Of a DNA stretch of 64,000 nucleotides, positions 20,549-30,009 are shown piece by piece. Source of the stretch: Armatimonadota bacterium (GTDB taxonomy: Bacteria > Armatimonadota > Fimbriimonadia > Fimbriimonadales > GBS-DC); the NCBI GenBank assembly GCA_037444405.1, contig JBBIML010000010.1:112930-176929 (forward strand), written 5' to 3'. Below the pieces are notes generated by a model that worked only from the letters and a program-made list of their open reading frames with translations, did not search any database and had not been told where the DNA came from. The translations under genes and the position numbers were made by a program. Positions within the stretch are counted from its first letter, which is position 1; the number at the start of each line of letters is the position of its first letter.

Positions 20549-22207
20549 ATGCGTCCCTTAGCGCGGCGTGTGCGGAGCCTGCAGCGCTACCGTCAGGTGG
20601 TGGGCGTGCTGGCACGGCACGGGTTCGGCTCCGCGCTGGAGTATCTGAGCGTGCATCGGCGGCTCGCGCTCCCTCGCGCCGAACTCCAGCCCGAAATAGA
20701 GCCGCTCCACTCCCCTGCCGAGCATCTGCGCCTCGCCATCGAAGAGCTGGGTCCCACCTTCGTCAAGCTGGGGCAGATGCTCTCCACGCGCTCCGACTTG
20801 CTGCCAGAGCCGTTTATTGAGGAGCTGCGCAAACTACAGGACAGCGTGCCGCCCACGCCTTGGTCCGAGATTCGCGCCGTGATGGAGCAGGAGCTGGGGT
20901 GCCCGCCCGAAGAGGTGTTCCAGAACCTGGACCCGAACCCCATCGGCTCCGCCTCGCTCTCGCAGGTGCATGCCGCGACGCTACCCGATGGCACTGCGGT
21001 CGCCATCAAGGTGCAGCGCCCCGGCATCCGCGACATCGTGGAGACCGACCTAGAGATTCTGCACGATCTGGCGGCGCTGGCGCAGCGCACACCGATGGGC
21101 GAACTGTACGATGCGGAAGCCGTCGCTGAAGATATCGCTTTTATGCTGCTGAACGAACTCGATTTTCGGCGGGAGGGGCGCAACGCCGAGCAGTTCCGTC
21201 AGAACTTCGCCGACGAGCCGAAAGTGCATATCCCGCGCATCTACTGGGACTACACCACGCCGCGCATGCTGGTGATGGAGCGGGTTCACGGCATCAAGGT
21301 GGATGAGGTGGAGGCGTTGCGCGCGGCGGGGCACGACACGCGCCAGATCGCGCTCGACGCCTCGCGCCTCATCATCAAAGAGGTGCTGGAAGATGGCTTC
21401 TTCCACGCGGATCCCCACCCGGGCAACTATCTGGTGGAGGCGGATGGGCGCATCGGCGTGCTGGATTTCGGCATGGTGGGCACGCTCAGCGAGGACGACC
21501 GCATCAATCTCACCCGCCTCTATGTGGCGGTGATTCGGCAGGACACCCACTCGATATTGAATGTGTTTGCGCGGATGGGTGCGCTCTCCTCGCGCACCGA
21601 TCGCCCGCGCCTGATCCGCGCCACCGAACGACTGATCGGCAAATATCGCGGGCGCACGCTCAGGGAAAGTTCCTTCGCCGAGTTCTGGAGCGATCTAACC
21701 GAGCTGATGCGCCAGCACCATGTGCGATTGCCGACCAACCTGTGGCTGGTGGGCAAGACGCTGGCGATGCTGGAAGGCATCGGGCGCCAGCTGGACCCCG
21801 ATTATGACCTGTTTGCGGTCTCGGAGCCGTTCGTGCGGCAGCTGGCGAAGCAGGTGTGGCGTCCGCACCTGTCCACGCGCGACCTGCTGGAGCAGGTGGA
21901 CACCTGGCGCTATCTGATGCGCGAGTTGCCCGTGCTGGTGATGCAGTGGTTGCAGGGCGTGGAGCGGGGCAAGGTGCCAGTGGAGGCGCAGATTGGCGCG
22001 TCGCCCGAAACGCTCGATCGGCTCGACGCCATGATCACACGCCTGTCGCTCAGTATTCTGGTGGCGGCGTTTATTGTGGGGCTGGCGCTGCTGTTGCCCG
22101 CCACCCGCGAAATCCCGTTCGCGCCCGCGCTCACCTTCCTCGGCTTTCTGGGGGCGACCCTGCTCGGCGTGTGGCTGCTCATCTCCATCCTGCGGCGCCG
22201 CCACTGA
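20549..22207 (+). CDS. ABC1/AarF/UbiB family atypical kinase
   Basis: LGPTFVKLGQ, SASLSQVH, VAIKVQRP, FFHADPHPGN, LDFGMVG; C-terminal TM helices. Confidence 0.93.
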   Translation: MRPLARRVRSLQRYRQVVGVLARHGFGSALEYLSVHRRLALPRAELQPEIEPLHSPAEHLRLAIEELGPTFVKLGQMLSTRSDLLPEPFIEELRKLQDSVPPTPWSEIRAVMEQELGCPPEEVFQNLDPNPIGSASLSQVHAATLPDGTAVAIKVQRPGIRDIVETDLEILHDLAALAQRTPMGELYDAEAVAEDIAFMLLNELDFRREGRNAEQFRQNFADEPKVHIPRIYWDYTTPRMLVMERVHGIKVDEVEALRAAGHDTRQIALDASRLIIKEVLEDGFFHADPHPGNYLVEADGRIGVLDFGMVGTLSEDDRINLTRLYVAVIRQDTHSILNVFARMGALSSRTDRPRLIRATERLIGKYRGRTLRESSFAEFWSDLTELMRQHHVRLPTNLWLVGKTLAMLEGIGRQLDPDYDLFAVSEPFVRQLAKQVWRPHLSTRDLLEQVDTWRYLMRELPVLVMQWLQGVERGKVPVEAQIGASPETLDRLDAMITRLSLSILVAAFIVGLALLLPATREIPFAPALTFLGFLGATLLGVWLLISILRRRH

Positions 22208-22308
22208 AACGGCAGGAATCGCCCGACGCGCTGGCGAACTTTAACCATCGGGAGGCGACCCGATGAACGAGTCGCCCTTCCGAAACCCGATTGGCGGTGA
22301 ATCCGTAG

Positions 22309-22314
22309 TATAAT
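22309..22314 (+). promoter_or_regulatory. -10 element (TATAAT) upstream of the structured RNA and prkA
   Basis: Perfect TATAAT in an AT-rich patch, about 6 nt before the first paired stem. Confidence 0.65.
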
Positions 22315-22319
22315 ATAGT

Positions 22320-22678
22320 AGCGGGCAGGTGAGAAGGCATCGCAACAGGGGAGGATGCCTTCGGATACATTGACAATCGGGTGTGGCAACGAAGCGGTCT
22401 CCATCGGCAGCACATAGGCGCTCCGAAAAGCGTTGAAGTTTCGAGCGTGCCTGTGGAATATTTCCCACATGACAGCGCTGGAACCCCATCCAGAGGCAGT
22501 TCCGTCGAACCGATAATGGGAGAGGGTTCTGTTGACAGGGCTGGAGCCAATCGCCCTTCGGGGATGGGGGAGCGAGTGGGTGCTATCCTTACCTGGAGAC
22601 CGCGACGGGCGCCCACCCTGCCTGCTCGCAGTGAACGAGTGGCGGACGGTGAACCCTGTTTCACCCGACGCCACACAC
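22320..22678 (+). ncRNA. Candidate large structured RNA or 5' leader of prkA, family unrecognised
   Basis: Multiple nested complementary pairs (see findings); no convincing ORF. Confidence 0.6.
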
Positions 22679-22694
22679 AAGGGGGTTATGAACA

Positions 22695-24623
22695 ATGAGC
22701 GCAGCGGACTTCCTGCGCCAGATCGAGGAACAGCGACGGCTGGAAAAACAGATCAGCTGGGAAGGCACTTTCCGGGACTATCTGGAGATTGTGCAGAAGA
22801 ACCCGAAAGTCGCCAATCTGGCGCACGCGCGTATCTACGACATGATTATCAGCGCTGGCGTCGAAGAGCGTGGTGAAGGACAACCCAAAGAGTACAAATT
22901 CTTCACCAGCGAGCTGTTCGGACTTGACCGCACGCTCCAGCAACTGGTAGAGGAATATTTCGCGCCTGCGGCGCGGCGACTCGATGTGCGCAAGCGCATC
23001 CTGCTGCTGGTGGGTCCCGTCGGCGGCGGCAAATCGACGCTGGTGACGATGCTCAAGCGCGGGCTGGAACGCTATTCGCGCACCGACGAGGGCGCCGTGT
23101 ACGCCATCAAAGACTGCCCCATGCACGAAGAGCCGCTCCACCTCGTGCCCGAAGATCTGCGCGCCGACTTCAAGCGCCAGTTCGGCGTGCATATCGAAGG
23201 CGACCTCTGCCCCGTGTGCCAGTGGAAACTCAAACACGAATGGGGCGAGAACATTCAGGATGTGCCCGTCGTGCGCATCCGCTTCTCCGAGCGCGAGCGC
23301 GTGGGCATCGGCACCTTCAAGCCCTCTGACCCCAAGTCGCAGGATGTATCGGAACTCACTGGCAGTGTGAACCTGAGCCTGCTCACCCAGATCGGCGTCG
23401 AATCGGACCCGCGCGTCTATAACTTCGATGGCGAACTGAACAAGGCGAACCGCGGCATCATGGAGTTCATCGAAATGCTCAAAGCGGACAAACGGTTCCT
23501 GTACGAACTCAACACCGTCGCCGGCGAGCAGATGATCAAAATCGGACGGTTCGCCATGATCTACACCGATGTGGTCGTCGTCGCGCACACCAACGAGTAT
23601 GAATACAACGCCTACTTCTCCAACAAGGAGAACGAGGCGATGATCGACCGCATGTTCGTGATCAAAGTGCCTTACAACCTGCAGGTCTCCCAGGAGGTTC
23701 GCATCTACGAGAAGCTCATCCGGCAGTCCCAGTTCAGCGACGAGACCCAGGACCTGTCGAAGGTGCACATCGCGCCGCATTCGCTGCGTGTGGCGGCGAT
23801 GTTCGCGGTGTTGAGCCGCCTGAAACCGCCCAAAAAGAGCGGGCTGTCGCTGATGACCAAGATGAAACTCTACGATGGCGAGCGCCAGGTCGGCGATTGG
23901 GACCAGCGCCATGTGAAGGAGCTGCGCGAGGAGTACCCTGACGAGGGCATGACGGGCGTCTCGCCCCGATTCATCATCAATCGCCTCTCCGCCGCGATGG
24001 TCAAAGGGCGCTCCTGCATCACGCCCATCGATATCCTGCGCTCCATCCGCGACGGATTGACCGAGTACACCAGCAACGAGGAAGAACGCAAGAAGCTGCT
24101 CACCTTCCTGGACGATGTGCGCAAGGAGTACGACGAGCAGATCAAGAAGGAGGTGCAGCGCTTCTTCGTCTACAGCTATGAGGAAGCCGCGCACACCCTG
24201 CTGGAGAACTATCTCGACAATGTGGACGCCTACTGCAACAAGACCAAAGTGCGCGACCCCATCACGGGCGAGGAGATGGACCCCGACGAGAAGCTGATGC
24301 GCAGCATCGAGGAGCAGATCGGGGTGTCGGAGAACGCCAAGCGGGAGTTCCGCGAGGGTATTATGCGCTCTGTGGCGTCGCTGGCGCGGCGCGGGCTGCG
24401 CTTTGAGATTGGCAGCGACGAACGCCTGCGCGAAGCCATCGAACGCAAGCTGTTCGCCGACCTCAAAGATGTGGTCAAAATCACTACCTCGGCCCGCACG
24501 CCCGACCCCGACCAGCTGCGCAAAATCAACGAGGTGGTCGACCGCATGGTCTCGCAGGGCGGCTACTGTCACATCTGCGCGAACGAAGCGCTGCGCTATG
24601 TGGGCACCCTGCTGAACCGCTGA
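22695..24623 (+). CDS. prkA: PrkA/YeaG family AAA+ serine protein kinase
   Basis: GPVGGGKS, CPMHEEPL, DGELNKANRGIMEFIEMLK, AHTNE. Confidence 0.95.
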   Translation: MSAADFLRQIEEQRRLEKQISWEGTFRDYLEIVQKNPKVANLAHARIYDMIISAGVEERGEGQPKEYKFFTSELFGLDRTLQQLVEEYFAPAARRLDVRKRILLLVGPVGGGKSTLVTMLKRGLERYSRTDEGAVYAIKDCPMHEEPLHLVPEDLRADFKRQFGVHIEGDLCPVCQWKLKHEWGENIQDVPVVRIRFSERERVGIGTFKPSDPKSQDVSELTGSVNLSLLTQIGVESDPRVYNFDGELNKANRGIMEFIEMLKADKRFLYELNTVAGEQMIKIGRFAMIYTDVVVVAHTNEYEYNAYFSNKENEAMIDRMFVIKVPYNLQVSQEVRIYEKLIRQSQFSDETQDLSKVHIAPHSLRVAAMFAVLSRLKPPKKSGLSLMTKMKLYDGERQVGDWDQRHVKELREEYPDEGMTGVSPRFIINRLSAAMVKGRSCITPIDILRSIRDGLTEYTSNEEERKKLLTFLDDVRKEYDEQIKKEVQRFFVYSYEEAAHTLLENYLDNVDAYCNKTKVRDPITGEEMDPDEKLMRSIEEQIGVSENAKREFREGIMRSVASLARRGLRFEIGSDERLREAIERKLFADLKDVVKITTSARTPDPDQLRKINEVVDRMVSQGGYCHICANEALRYVGTLLNR

Positions 24624-24646
24624 AACCCGTGAAACCCGCCGTTTAG

Positions 24647-24736
24647 CCCCCTCACCCGTACCCTCTCCCCCGCTTGCGGGGGAGAGGGATTTGGATTCTG
24701 CCCTCACCCCTCTGGGGAGAGGGTCAGGGTGAGGGG
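24647..24736. repeat. Inverted pair of family A REP-like palindromes
   Basis: cccctcacccgtaccctctcccccgcttgcgggggagaggg ... ggggagagggtcagggtgagggg. Confidence 0.85.
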
Positions 24737-24763
24737 TTTATCCTGCCTGAATCTCCGCGTTGC

Positions 24764-26239
24764 CTATCGGGCAGGGGCCGGGAGGGGAATGCCCAGCCCG
24801 TAGCGGGCGAACACGAGGGTCACCAGCAGGACGCCGAGAATGCTGGCGATGTTGAGCGCGAAGCCCGCGCGCGCCATCTCGCCCAATCGCACCTCGCCAG
24901 AAGCGAACACAATCGCGTTCGGTGGGGTCGCCACGGGCAGCATGAACGCTGCCGACGCGCCCACCCCAACAGGAATCGTCAGCAGGCGCGGGTCCAGATT
25001 CAGCCCTGATGCCACCGCGCCCATAATCGGCAAAAAGGTCGCCGCCACCGCCGTGTTGGAGGTGATCTCCGTCAGGAAGATGATGAGCGTCGCCACCGTT
25101 AGCACCAGCCAGAGGGCGTCCAGCCCCTGCAACCCCTTCACGCTTTCACCAATCCAGCGCGCCAGCCCCGTGCTTTCGAACGCGCCCGCCAGCGCCAGCC
25201 CACCCCCAAATAGCAGCAGCACGCCCCATGGTATCTTGACCGCCGTCTGCCAGTCCAACGCAGGCTGATACGGCACGCGCGAGGCAGGCAGCAGAAACAG
25301 CAACAGCGCGGCGCTGATGGCGATGGTGCTATCAGAAAGCGGCAGGTTCAGGTGCGTCTGCAAAGGCTGACGCAACAGCCAGCCCGCCACCGCCAGCCCG
25401 AACACTGCCAGCACTATCTTCTCGCCCCCATTCATCGGCTCGCCATGCGCCAGCTGCTCCTGCAGGCGCTCCGCCAGCGCGGTCAGGCGCAGGTGGGTAA
25501 GCCGAAACTGCACCACTGCCAGCCAGAACCAGGTGAAAGGCAGCATCAGCGCGACGAAGGGCAGCCCGATCCAGAACCAGTGCGCCATATCGATGGCGAT
25601 ACCGTGCGTTTCGCGCAGGTAGCCCACTAACAGTGCGTTGGGAGCGGTTCCAATCAGCGTGCCCACGCCTCCAATCGATGCCGAGTAAGCGATGCCCAGC
25701 ATCAGTGCCGCACCGAAGGCATGCACCTCGCGCCCCACGCCCGCAGCCCGCACCCAGTGCAGGATCGATAACCCGACGGCGTACATCATCATGGCGGTCG
25801 AGGTGTTGTTAATCCACATCGATATCAGTGCAGTCGCCAGCATGAAGCCACCCACAAGGCGCGCCGGGCTGGTGCCCACCCGCCGAATCACCAGCAGGGC
25901 AATCCGTCGGTGCAGACCCCAGCGCTCCATCGCCGCCGCAATCAGGAACCCGCCCAGAAAGAGGAAGATGATGGGGTCGGCGTAGTGCGCGGCGGTCGCC
26001 CGCTCGTCCAGAATGCCTGTGAGCGGCATCCACACCAGCGGCAGCAGCGCGGTCGCAGGGATGGGGATCACCTCGGTGAACCACCAGATTGCCATCCAGA
26101 GCGCCAGCCCGACCAGCCGCCACGCGCCCACCGACAGACCCGCTGGCGGCTCCGTCATCAGCGGCGTAAGAGCGCACAGAGGTCCCATCAACAGGGCGGT
26201 CAGCCATATCCATCGGCTCGGCAGGCGTTCCGACTCCAT
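24764..26239 (-). CDS. SLC13/DASS family sodium:dicarboxylate/sulfate symporter
   Basis: SMWINNTST, GTLIGTAPN, TEITSNTA, FMLPVATPPNAI. Confidence 0.93.
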   Translation of the reverse strand: MESERLPSRWIWLTALLMGPLCALTPLMTEPPAGLSVGAWRLVGLALWMAIWWFTEVIPIPATALLPLVWMPLTGILDERATAAHYADPIIFLFLGGFLIAAAMERWGLHRRIALLVIRRVGTSPARLVGGFMLATALISMWINNTSTAMMMYAVGLSILHWVRAAGVGREVHAFGAALMLGIAYSASIGGVGTLIGTAPNALLVGYLRETHGIAIDMAHWFWIGLPFVALMLPFTWFWLAVVQFRLTHLRLTALAERLQEQLAHGEPMNGGEKIVLAVFGLAVAGWLLRQPLQTHLNLPLSDSTIAISAALLLFLLPASRVPYQPALDWQTAVKIPWGVLLLFGGGLALAGAFESTGLARWIGESVKGLQGLDALWLVLTVATLIIFLTEITSNTAVAATFLPIMGAVASGLNLDPRLLTIPVGVGASAAFMLPVATPPNAIVFASGEVRLGEMARAGFALNIASILGVLLVTLVFARYGLGIPLPAPAR

Positions 26240-26605
26240 CAGCCTCTCTGGTTCGTGATGGGCGTATGCTTTCCTCTCGCGCCGATTGCCGTTCGCACGG
26301 CTGTGCGCCTATCGCCGCGCATGGGCACTATCGCGAATTGCCTGCAGATTAATGATTTCAGCGACCTCAAATTGCGGTGGAGTGCTATCTGGATCGCTTC
26401 CTAATACTGCCTCTGTCTGACGATCGTCGGGGGCTTCGCCATGGACAATCGCGTTCCCCGCACGCCTTTCCATTCCCGTACTTCCTGCCCTGTGATTCTA
26501 CCTCTTACACAATACTCCTGCCAGTTGCAGATTCCTACTCGAAACTCCAAAAATCCCTCTCCCCCCCGCCTGCGGGCTGGTAGGGATACAGTTGTTGAAC
26601 TCAAA

Positions 26606-28159
26606 TCAGGCATCGGCAAAGATGCCCACCATCGCCGCGCCAATCGCTTCGCGCGAGAAGTCGGCGCGGCGGAACAGTTTGACCACGCGCCCGCGATACA
26701 GCACGCCGATGCGGTCGCAGTGCACCATCAGCTCGTCCAGATCGAGCGAGATGACCAGTGCGCCCATCCCGTGCTGGCACGCCTCCCGAATGGCGGTATA
26801 GGTCGCCTCGGTGCCGCGAATGTCCAGCCCGCGCGTGGGCGCGTAAGCAATCAGCAGGCGCGGCTGACCGTACAGGGCGCGTGCCACCACCAGCCGCTGC
26901 TGATTGCCGCCCGATAGGGTGGTCAGCGCCGCGCGCAGAGACGGCACTTTGACCTGGAACCGCTCAATCAGCGCGAGCGCCCGCCTCTCAATCGCTTTTG
27001 GGCGCAGCCAGCCGAGCCGCTGAAGCTCGCGCTCGCGCTGGGCGCTCAGAATCGCGTTCTCCAACACGCTCCAGCTGGCGATAATCCCGCGCCGAAAGCG
27101 GTCGTCGAACAGGAACCGCATGCCCGCCTGAAGCCTGCGGGCAGGACTCCAGCGCTCGATGGGCGTGCCGTCCAGTCGCAGGCGCCCGCGCGCGATGGCT
27201 CGCAAGCCCGCGAGCGCCTCCATCAGCTCCTGCTGACCGTTGCCGTCCACGCCTGCCAGCCCCAGAATCTCGCCAGGCATTACCTCGAGGCTCAACTCCT
27301 GCACGCCCCAGCCGCCCCGATCGGAGCGCACGAAGAGCGATTCGATCGCAAGGCGCGGCACGACATCTGAGGGTTTTGCCCCCTCACCCTCAGATGCTCC
27401 TTCTGGGGGTGAGGGGCTTGCTCTATCGCTGGGCGGCTCCTCGCCGATAATCCAGCGGGTGAGCGTTGCGGCGTCGGTCGCGCTCACGGGCGATTCGGCG
27501 ACCTTGCGCCCGCCCCGCAACACCGTCACCCAGTCGGCATATTCCAGCACCTCCTGCAGCTTGTGCGTCACCAGCAGAATGGTACGCCCGTCGGCTTTCA
27601 GGCGCAACAGCGTGCTGAACAGCGTCTGCACATCGGCAGGCGAGAGCATCGCCGTCGGCTCGTCCAGTATCAGAATCTCGGCGTTGCGCCAGAGCAGCTT
27701 CAGAATCTCCAGTTTCTGGCGGGACGCCACGCTCAGCTCTTCGGCGGGGCGGTTCCAGTCGGCTTCGAACTGGAGGCTCTGTGCCAGTTGCTCGGCTCGC
27801 TGGCGTGCCGCGCGGCGGTTCAGAATGCCCAGCGCTCCCGCCTGCTCCGCGCCCAGCATCAGGTTGTCCAGGATGCTCAGTTCGGGGATGATGCTGTAGT
27901 GCTGGCTGACCATGCCGATGCCGTGCGCGATGGCGTCGGCGGGGCTGGCGAAGCGCACACGCTGCCCTCTAAGATAGATTTCGCCTGCATCGGGCGTATA
28001 GTAGCCGTACAGGATGCGCATGAGGGTAGTCTTGCCCGCGCCGTTCTCGCCGACAATCGCGTGCAGGGTGCCCGCGCGCACATGCAGGTCGACACCGTCG
28101 TTCGCCACGAGGCTGCCGAACCGCTTCGTGATGGCGTGCATCTGCACAATCGCGTCCAT
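26606..28159 (-). CDS. ABC transporter ATP-binding protein with two ABC domains (sugar/nucleoside CUT2 type)
   Basis: GENGAGKTT, LDEPT, LSGGNQQ, PTRGLD. Confidence 0.92.
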   Translation of the reverse strand: MDAIVQMHAITKRFGSLVANDGVDLHVRAGTLHAIVGENGAGKTTLMRILYGYYTPDAGEIYLRGQRVRFASPADAIAHGIGMVSQHYSIIPELSILDNLMLGAEQAGALGILNRRAARQRAEQLAQSLQFEADWNRPAEELSVASRQKLEILKLLWRNAEILILDEPTAMLSPADVQTLFSTLLRLKADGRTILLVTHKLQEVLEYADWVTVLRGGRKVAESPVSATDAATLTRWIIGEEPPSDRASPSPPEGASEGEGAKPSDVVPRLAIESLFVRSDRGGWGVQELSLEVMPGEILGLAGVDGNGQQELMEALAGLRAIARGRLRLDGTPIERWSPARRLQAGMRFLFDDRFRRGIIASWSVLENAILSAQRERELQRLGWLRPKAIERRALALIERFQVKVPSLRAALTTLSGGNQQRLVVARALYGQPRLLIAYAPTRGLDIRGTEATYTAIREACQHGMGALVISLDLDELMVHCDRIGVLYRGRVVKLFRRADFSREAIGAAMVGIFADA

Positions 28160-28162
28160 CGG

Positions 28163-28957
28163 CTACTCCTCTGCGGGGTAGAAGGCGTGGAAGTGATGGG
28201 GCGGGCTGTGTCCGCGCCCAACAGCAACGGCGGTGCGCAGGGCGGCGGTCAGGTAGTCTTTGGCGCGGCGGACGGCGGTCGGTACATCGTCGCCTTTTGC
28301 CAGGAAGGCGGCAATCGCGGCGGAGAAGGCGCAGCCGGTGCCATGCGTGTGGGGTGTGTCGATATGCTCGGCAGGCAGCCACAGAAACCGCTCGCCGTCA
28401 TAGAGCAGGTCGTCGGCGCGGTCGGGCAGGTGCCCACCCTTGACCACCACCCAGCGCGGTCCCAGCGCGTGGATGGCTCGCGCCGCCTCCTGCATGGCGG
28501 CTTTATCCTGCACCGGGAAGCCTGTCAGCACGCTCGCCTCGCCCAGATTCGGCGTGACAACGAGCGCGAGGGGCAACAGTTCGCGCCGTAAAGCCTCCAT
28601 CGCGTCCTCGCGCAGCAGGCGGTCGCCGCTCTTGGCGACCATCACGGGGTCCACCACCAGATTGCGGATGTTCCAGCGGCGGACGCGCTCCACCACGACG
28701 CGGATAATCGCCTCGCTGAACAGCATGCCTGTCTTGGCGGCGTCGGCGCCAATGTCGCTCATGATAGAGTCGATCTGTTGCCCCACGAAGTCGGGTTCGA
28801 CGGGGAACACGCCCTGCACGCCGAGCGTGTTCTGGGCGGTGAGCGCGGTGATGGCGCTGGTGCCGTACACGCCCAGCGCGGCGAAGGTCTTCAGGTCCGC
28901 CTGAATGCCCGCTCCGCCCCCCGAATCGGAGCCAGCAATCGTGAGTGCCCTGCGCAT
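28163..28957 (-). CDS. thiD: Hydroxymethylpyrimidine/phosphomethylpyrimidine kinase
   Basis: TIAGSDSGGGAGIQADLK, DPVMVAKSG, THGTGC. Confidence 0.96.
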   Translation of the reverse strand: MRRALTIAGSDSGGGAGIQADLKTFAALGVYGTSAITALTAQNTLGVQGVFPVEPDFVGQQIDSIMSDIGADAAKTGMLFSEAIIRVVVERVRRWNIRNLVVDPVMVAKSGDRLLREDAMEALRRELLPLALVVTPNLGEASVLTGFPVQDKAAMQEAARAIHALGPRWVVVKGGHLPDRADDLLYDGERFLWLPAEHIDTPHTHGTGCAFSAAIAAFLAKGDDVPTAVRRAKDYLTAALRTAVAVGRGHSPPHHFHAFYPAEE

Positions 28958-28972
28958 GATGAGGAGTGTACC

Positions 28973-29605
28973 CTATCGGAGACGGCTTTCGATGAGGGCG
29001 ACGATTTCGGGGTCGTGGCTGCGGCGGGCGACCTCCAGCACCGTTTCGCCCAGCAGGCTGCGGGCGCCGGGGTCAGCGCCATGTTCGAGCAGCAGGCGCA
29101 CGGTGTCGCGATGCCCGTTCTCGGCGGCGAGCATCAGCAGGGTGCGCCCGTTGCGGTCGCGCTCGTTGGGCGAGATGCCGCGCGCCAGCATCGCTTTCAG
29201 CACGCGCGTGCGCCCATACACCGCCGCGTAATAGGCGGGCGAGTTGCCCGGCGTCATCTCGCGCAAGTAGCCCGTGCGGTCGCGCGCACCCAGACTCGCA
29301 CCATGCTCAATCAGCAGGAGCGCGATGTCTTCATGTCCGCGTGCAATCGCAAGAGTCAGCGCGGTGAGACCGGAGCGCGTAGCAGCGTTCACCGAGGCGC
29401 CCCGTTTCAGCAGGGTCGCCACCTGCGCCCGATCGCCCTGCTCCACCGCCTGCAGCAACTGCTGGTTCAACTGGCGATTGCGCTCGCGCAGATGCCGAAA
29501 CTGAGGCGAGAGCATCACAATCACAGCCAGCACAATCGGCAGCACGAAAAAGCCGATAATCAGCGCCTTCTGCCACTGCGCCCGCGCCGCATCCGTCTCC
29601 GCCAT
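28973..29605 (-). CDS. Membrane-anchored ankyrin repeat protein
   Basis: N-terminal TM helix; GLTALTLA, GRTLLMLAAENGH, LLEHGAD repeats. Confidence 0.85.
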   Translation of the reverse strand: MAETDAARAQWQKALIIGFFVLPIVLAVIVMLSPQFRHLRERNRQLNQQLLQAVEQGDRAQVATLLKRGASVNAATRSGLTALTLAIARGHEDIALLLIEHGASLGARDRTGYLREMTPGNSPAYYAAVYGRTRVLKAMLARGISPNERDRNGRTLLMLAAENGHRDTVRLLLEHGADPGARSLLGETVLEVARRSHDPEIVALIESRLR

Positions 29606-29660
29606 CCGATTCGATGATACCCCCTGAACGGGTACAATCTGGTGCGGAGGCACACGCGAA

Positions 29661-30005
29661 ATGAAGATGCCGAAGATACCCGGTGGACAGATGCGCCAGC
29701 TGATGGAGGAGGCGCAACGCATGCTGGCGGAAGCCGAACAGTTCGAGCAGGAGATGGAGCAGCTGCAGGTGCAGGCGACGGCGGGCGGCGGCGTGGTCAA
29801 AGCGACCGTGAACGGCAAGGGTGTGCTGGTCAGCCTCGAAATCGCCCGCGAGGTGATTGACCCCGACGACCCTGAGATGCTTCAGGACTTAGTGGTGAGC
29901 GCGGTGCGCGAAGCGCAGGCACAGGCTGAAGCCGTCCGAACCGAACGCATGCAACAGATTACAGGCGCGTTCGGCGGGCTGGGCGATATCAAGCTGCCGT
30001 TCTGA
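29661..30005 (+). CDS. ybaB: Nucleoid-associated protein, YbaB/EbfC family
   Basis: AGGGVVKATVNG, DPEMLQDLV; upstream of recR. Confidence 0.93.
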   Translation: MKMPKIPGGQMRQLMEEAQRMLAEAEQFEQEMEQLQVQATAGGGVVKATVNGKGVLVSLEIAREVIDPDDPEMLQDLVVSAVREAQAQAEAVRTERMQQITGAFGGLGDIKLPF

Positions 30006-30009
30006 ACCG

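Noticed and set aside
22320..22678. RNase P RNA, SRP, tmRNA, or cobalamin/SAM riboswitch identity for the prkA upstream RNA
   Set aside because: It shows only fragmentary resemblance (CTCCA..GGCAG, ACAGAACCC on the minus strand, GGAGACC). It lacks GAGGAAAGUCC, the SRP GGAAGGAAGCAGC loop, tRNA-like ends and the riboswitch cores.
28958..28975. TPP riboswitch before thiD
   Set aside because: There is no room and no CUGAGA motif; the gene appears leaderless.
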